A DNA stretch of 64,000 bases from Pseudomonadota bacterium (GTDB lineage: Bacteria; Pseudomonadota; Gammaproteobacteria; Pseudomonadales; Moraxellaceae), in NCBI GenBank assembly GCA_040384385.1, contig JAZKJJ010000007.1:38707-102706 (forward strand), given 5' to 3'. This document shows, in pieces, positions 59,511 to 64,000 of this stretch. Position numbers and translations under genes: made by a program. The notes beneath the pieces were generated by a model that was not told where the DNA came from, searched no databases, and was given only the letters and a program-made list of their open reading frames with translations. How positions within the stretch are numbered: position 1 is the stretch's first letter; each line of letters starts with the position of its first letter.

Positions 59511-59550
59511 TGGGTCGATGCCCTTGAAAAGGACGCATCGACCCACATAT
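59511..59550 (+). promoter_or_regulatory. Sigma32 promoter of dnaK embedded in an 11-bp inverted repeat
   Basis: CTTGAA 59523-59528; CCACATAT 59543-59550; arms tgggtcgatgc / gcatcgaccca. Confidence 0.75.
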
Positions 59551-59612
59551 TCCCTACATATTGATCAAAAGCGAGCGGTTAAATAACCGGCGCAAATTTA
59601 TTGGAGAGCATC

Positions 59613-61550
<1,938 letters not shown>

Positions 61551-61571
61551 GTCTTTCAGCGACTTCACGAT

Positions 61572-61599
61572 GCAGACGCGGGGGCCTCCCCGCGTTTGC
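61572..61599 (+). other. Strong intergenic stem-loop between dnaK and dnaJ
   Basis: gcagacgcgggg-gcct-ccccgcgtttgc; no U tract. Confidence 0.7.
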
Positions 61600-61669
61600 G
61601 CATCCGATCATTGTAAATGTGCAATGACTGAAAACCAGCTGAAACGGGCGCGCTGCCCCAGGGGTCAAC

Positions 61670-64000
<2,331 letters not shown>

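Noticed and set aside
58783-59612. CIRCE element or hrcA near grpE-dnaK
   Set aside because: No TTAGCACTC-N9-GAGTGCTAA and no hrcA ORF; sigma32 promoters explain the region.

Overview
A GC-rich gammaproteobacterial chromosome segment. Synteny suggests a Pseudomonadales/Moraxellaceae-like lineage (inference). The housekeeping backbone is trpG(end)-trpD-trpC, coq7, HIT, glnA (sigma54 promoter plus three NtrC-like boxes), glnE, ilvE, pgpA-ribA, xseB-ispA-dxs, mtgA, fbp, mscL, rhlE, tmRNA (tag ANDENYALAA), smpB, ratB, bamE, fur, recN, grpE-dnaK-dnaJ-dapB. Accessory blocks are interleaved: a Phd-VapC toxin-antitoxin pair, a stand-alone YjjJ/HipA-like kinase with triple upstream repeats, an AraC-linked SDR/diiron/BVMO/unknown/hydrolase operon, a Zur-boxed TonB receptor, a desaturase operon with DesT-like boxes, arsR-arsC-aquaporin, a PhoX-like protein, an orphan FixL-like PAS kinase, a cupredoxin-like/SDR/N-terminal-His membrane protein operon facing an LVIVD lipoprotein, an alkyl sulfatase and an Ntn-acylase/ALDH pair. 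I saw no integrase, transposase, prophage, CRISPR array, rRNA or tRNA. The best candidates for undescribed systems are the putative metal (copper) module at 42.1-46.2 kb and the diiron/BVMO lipid-oxidation operon at 11.9-18.1 kb. All family and motif calls are by eye and from memory; no database searches were run.
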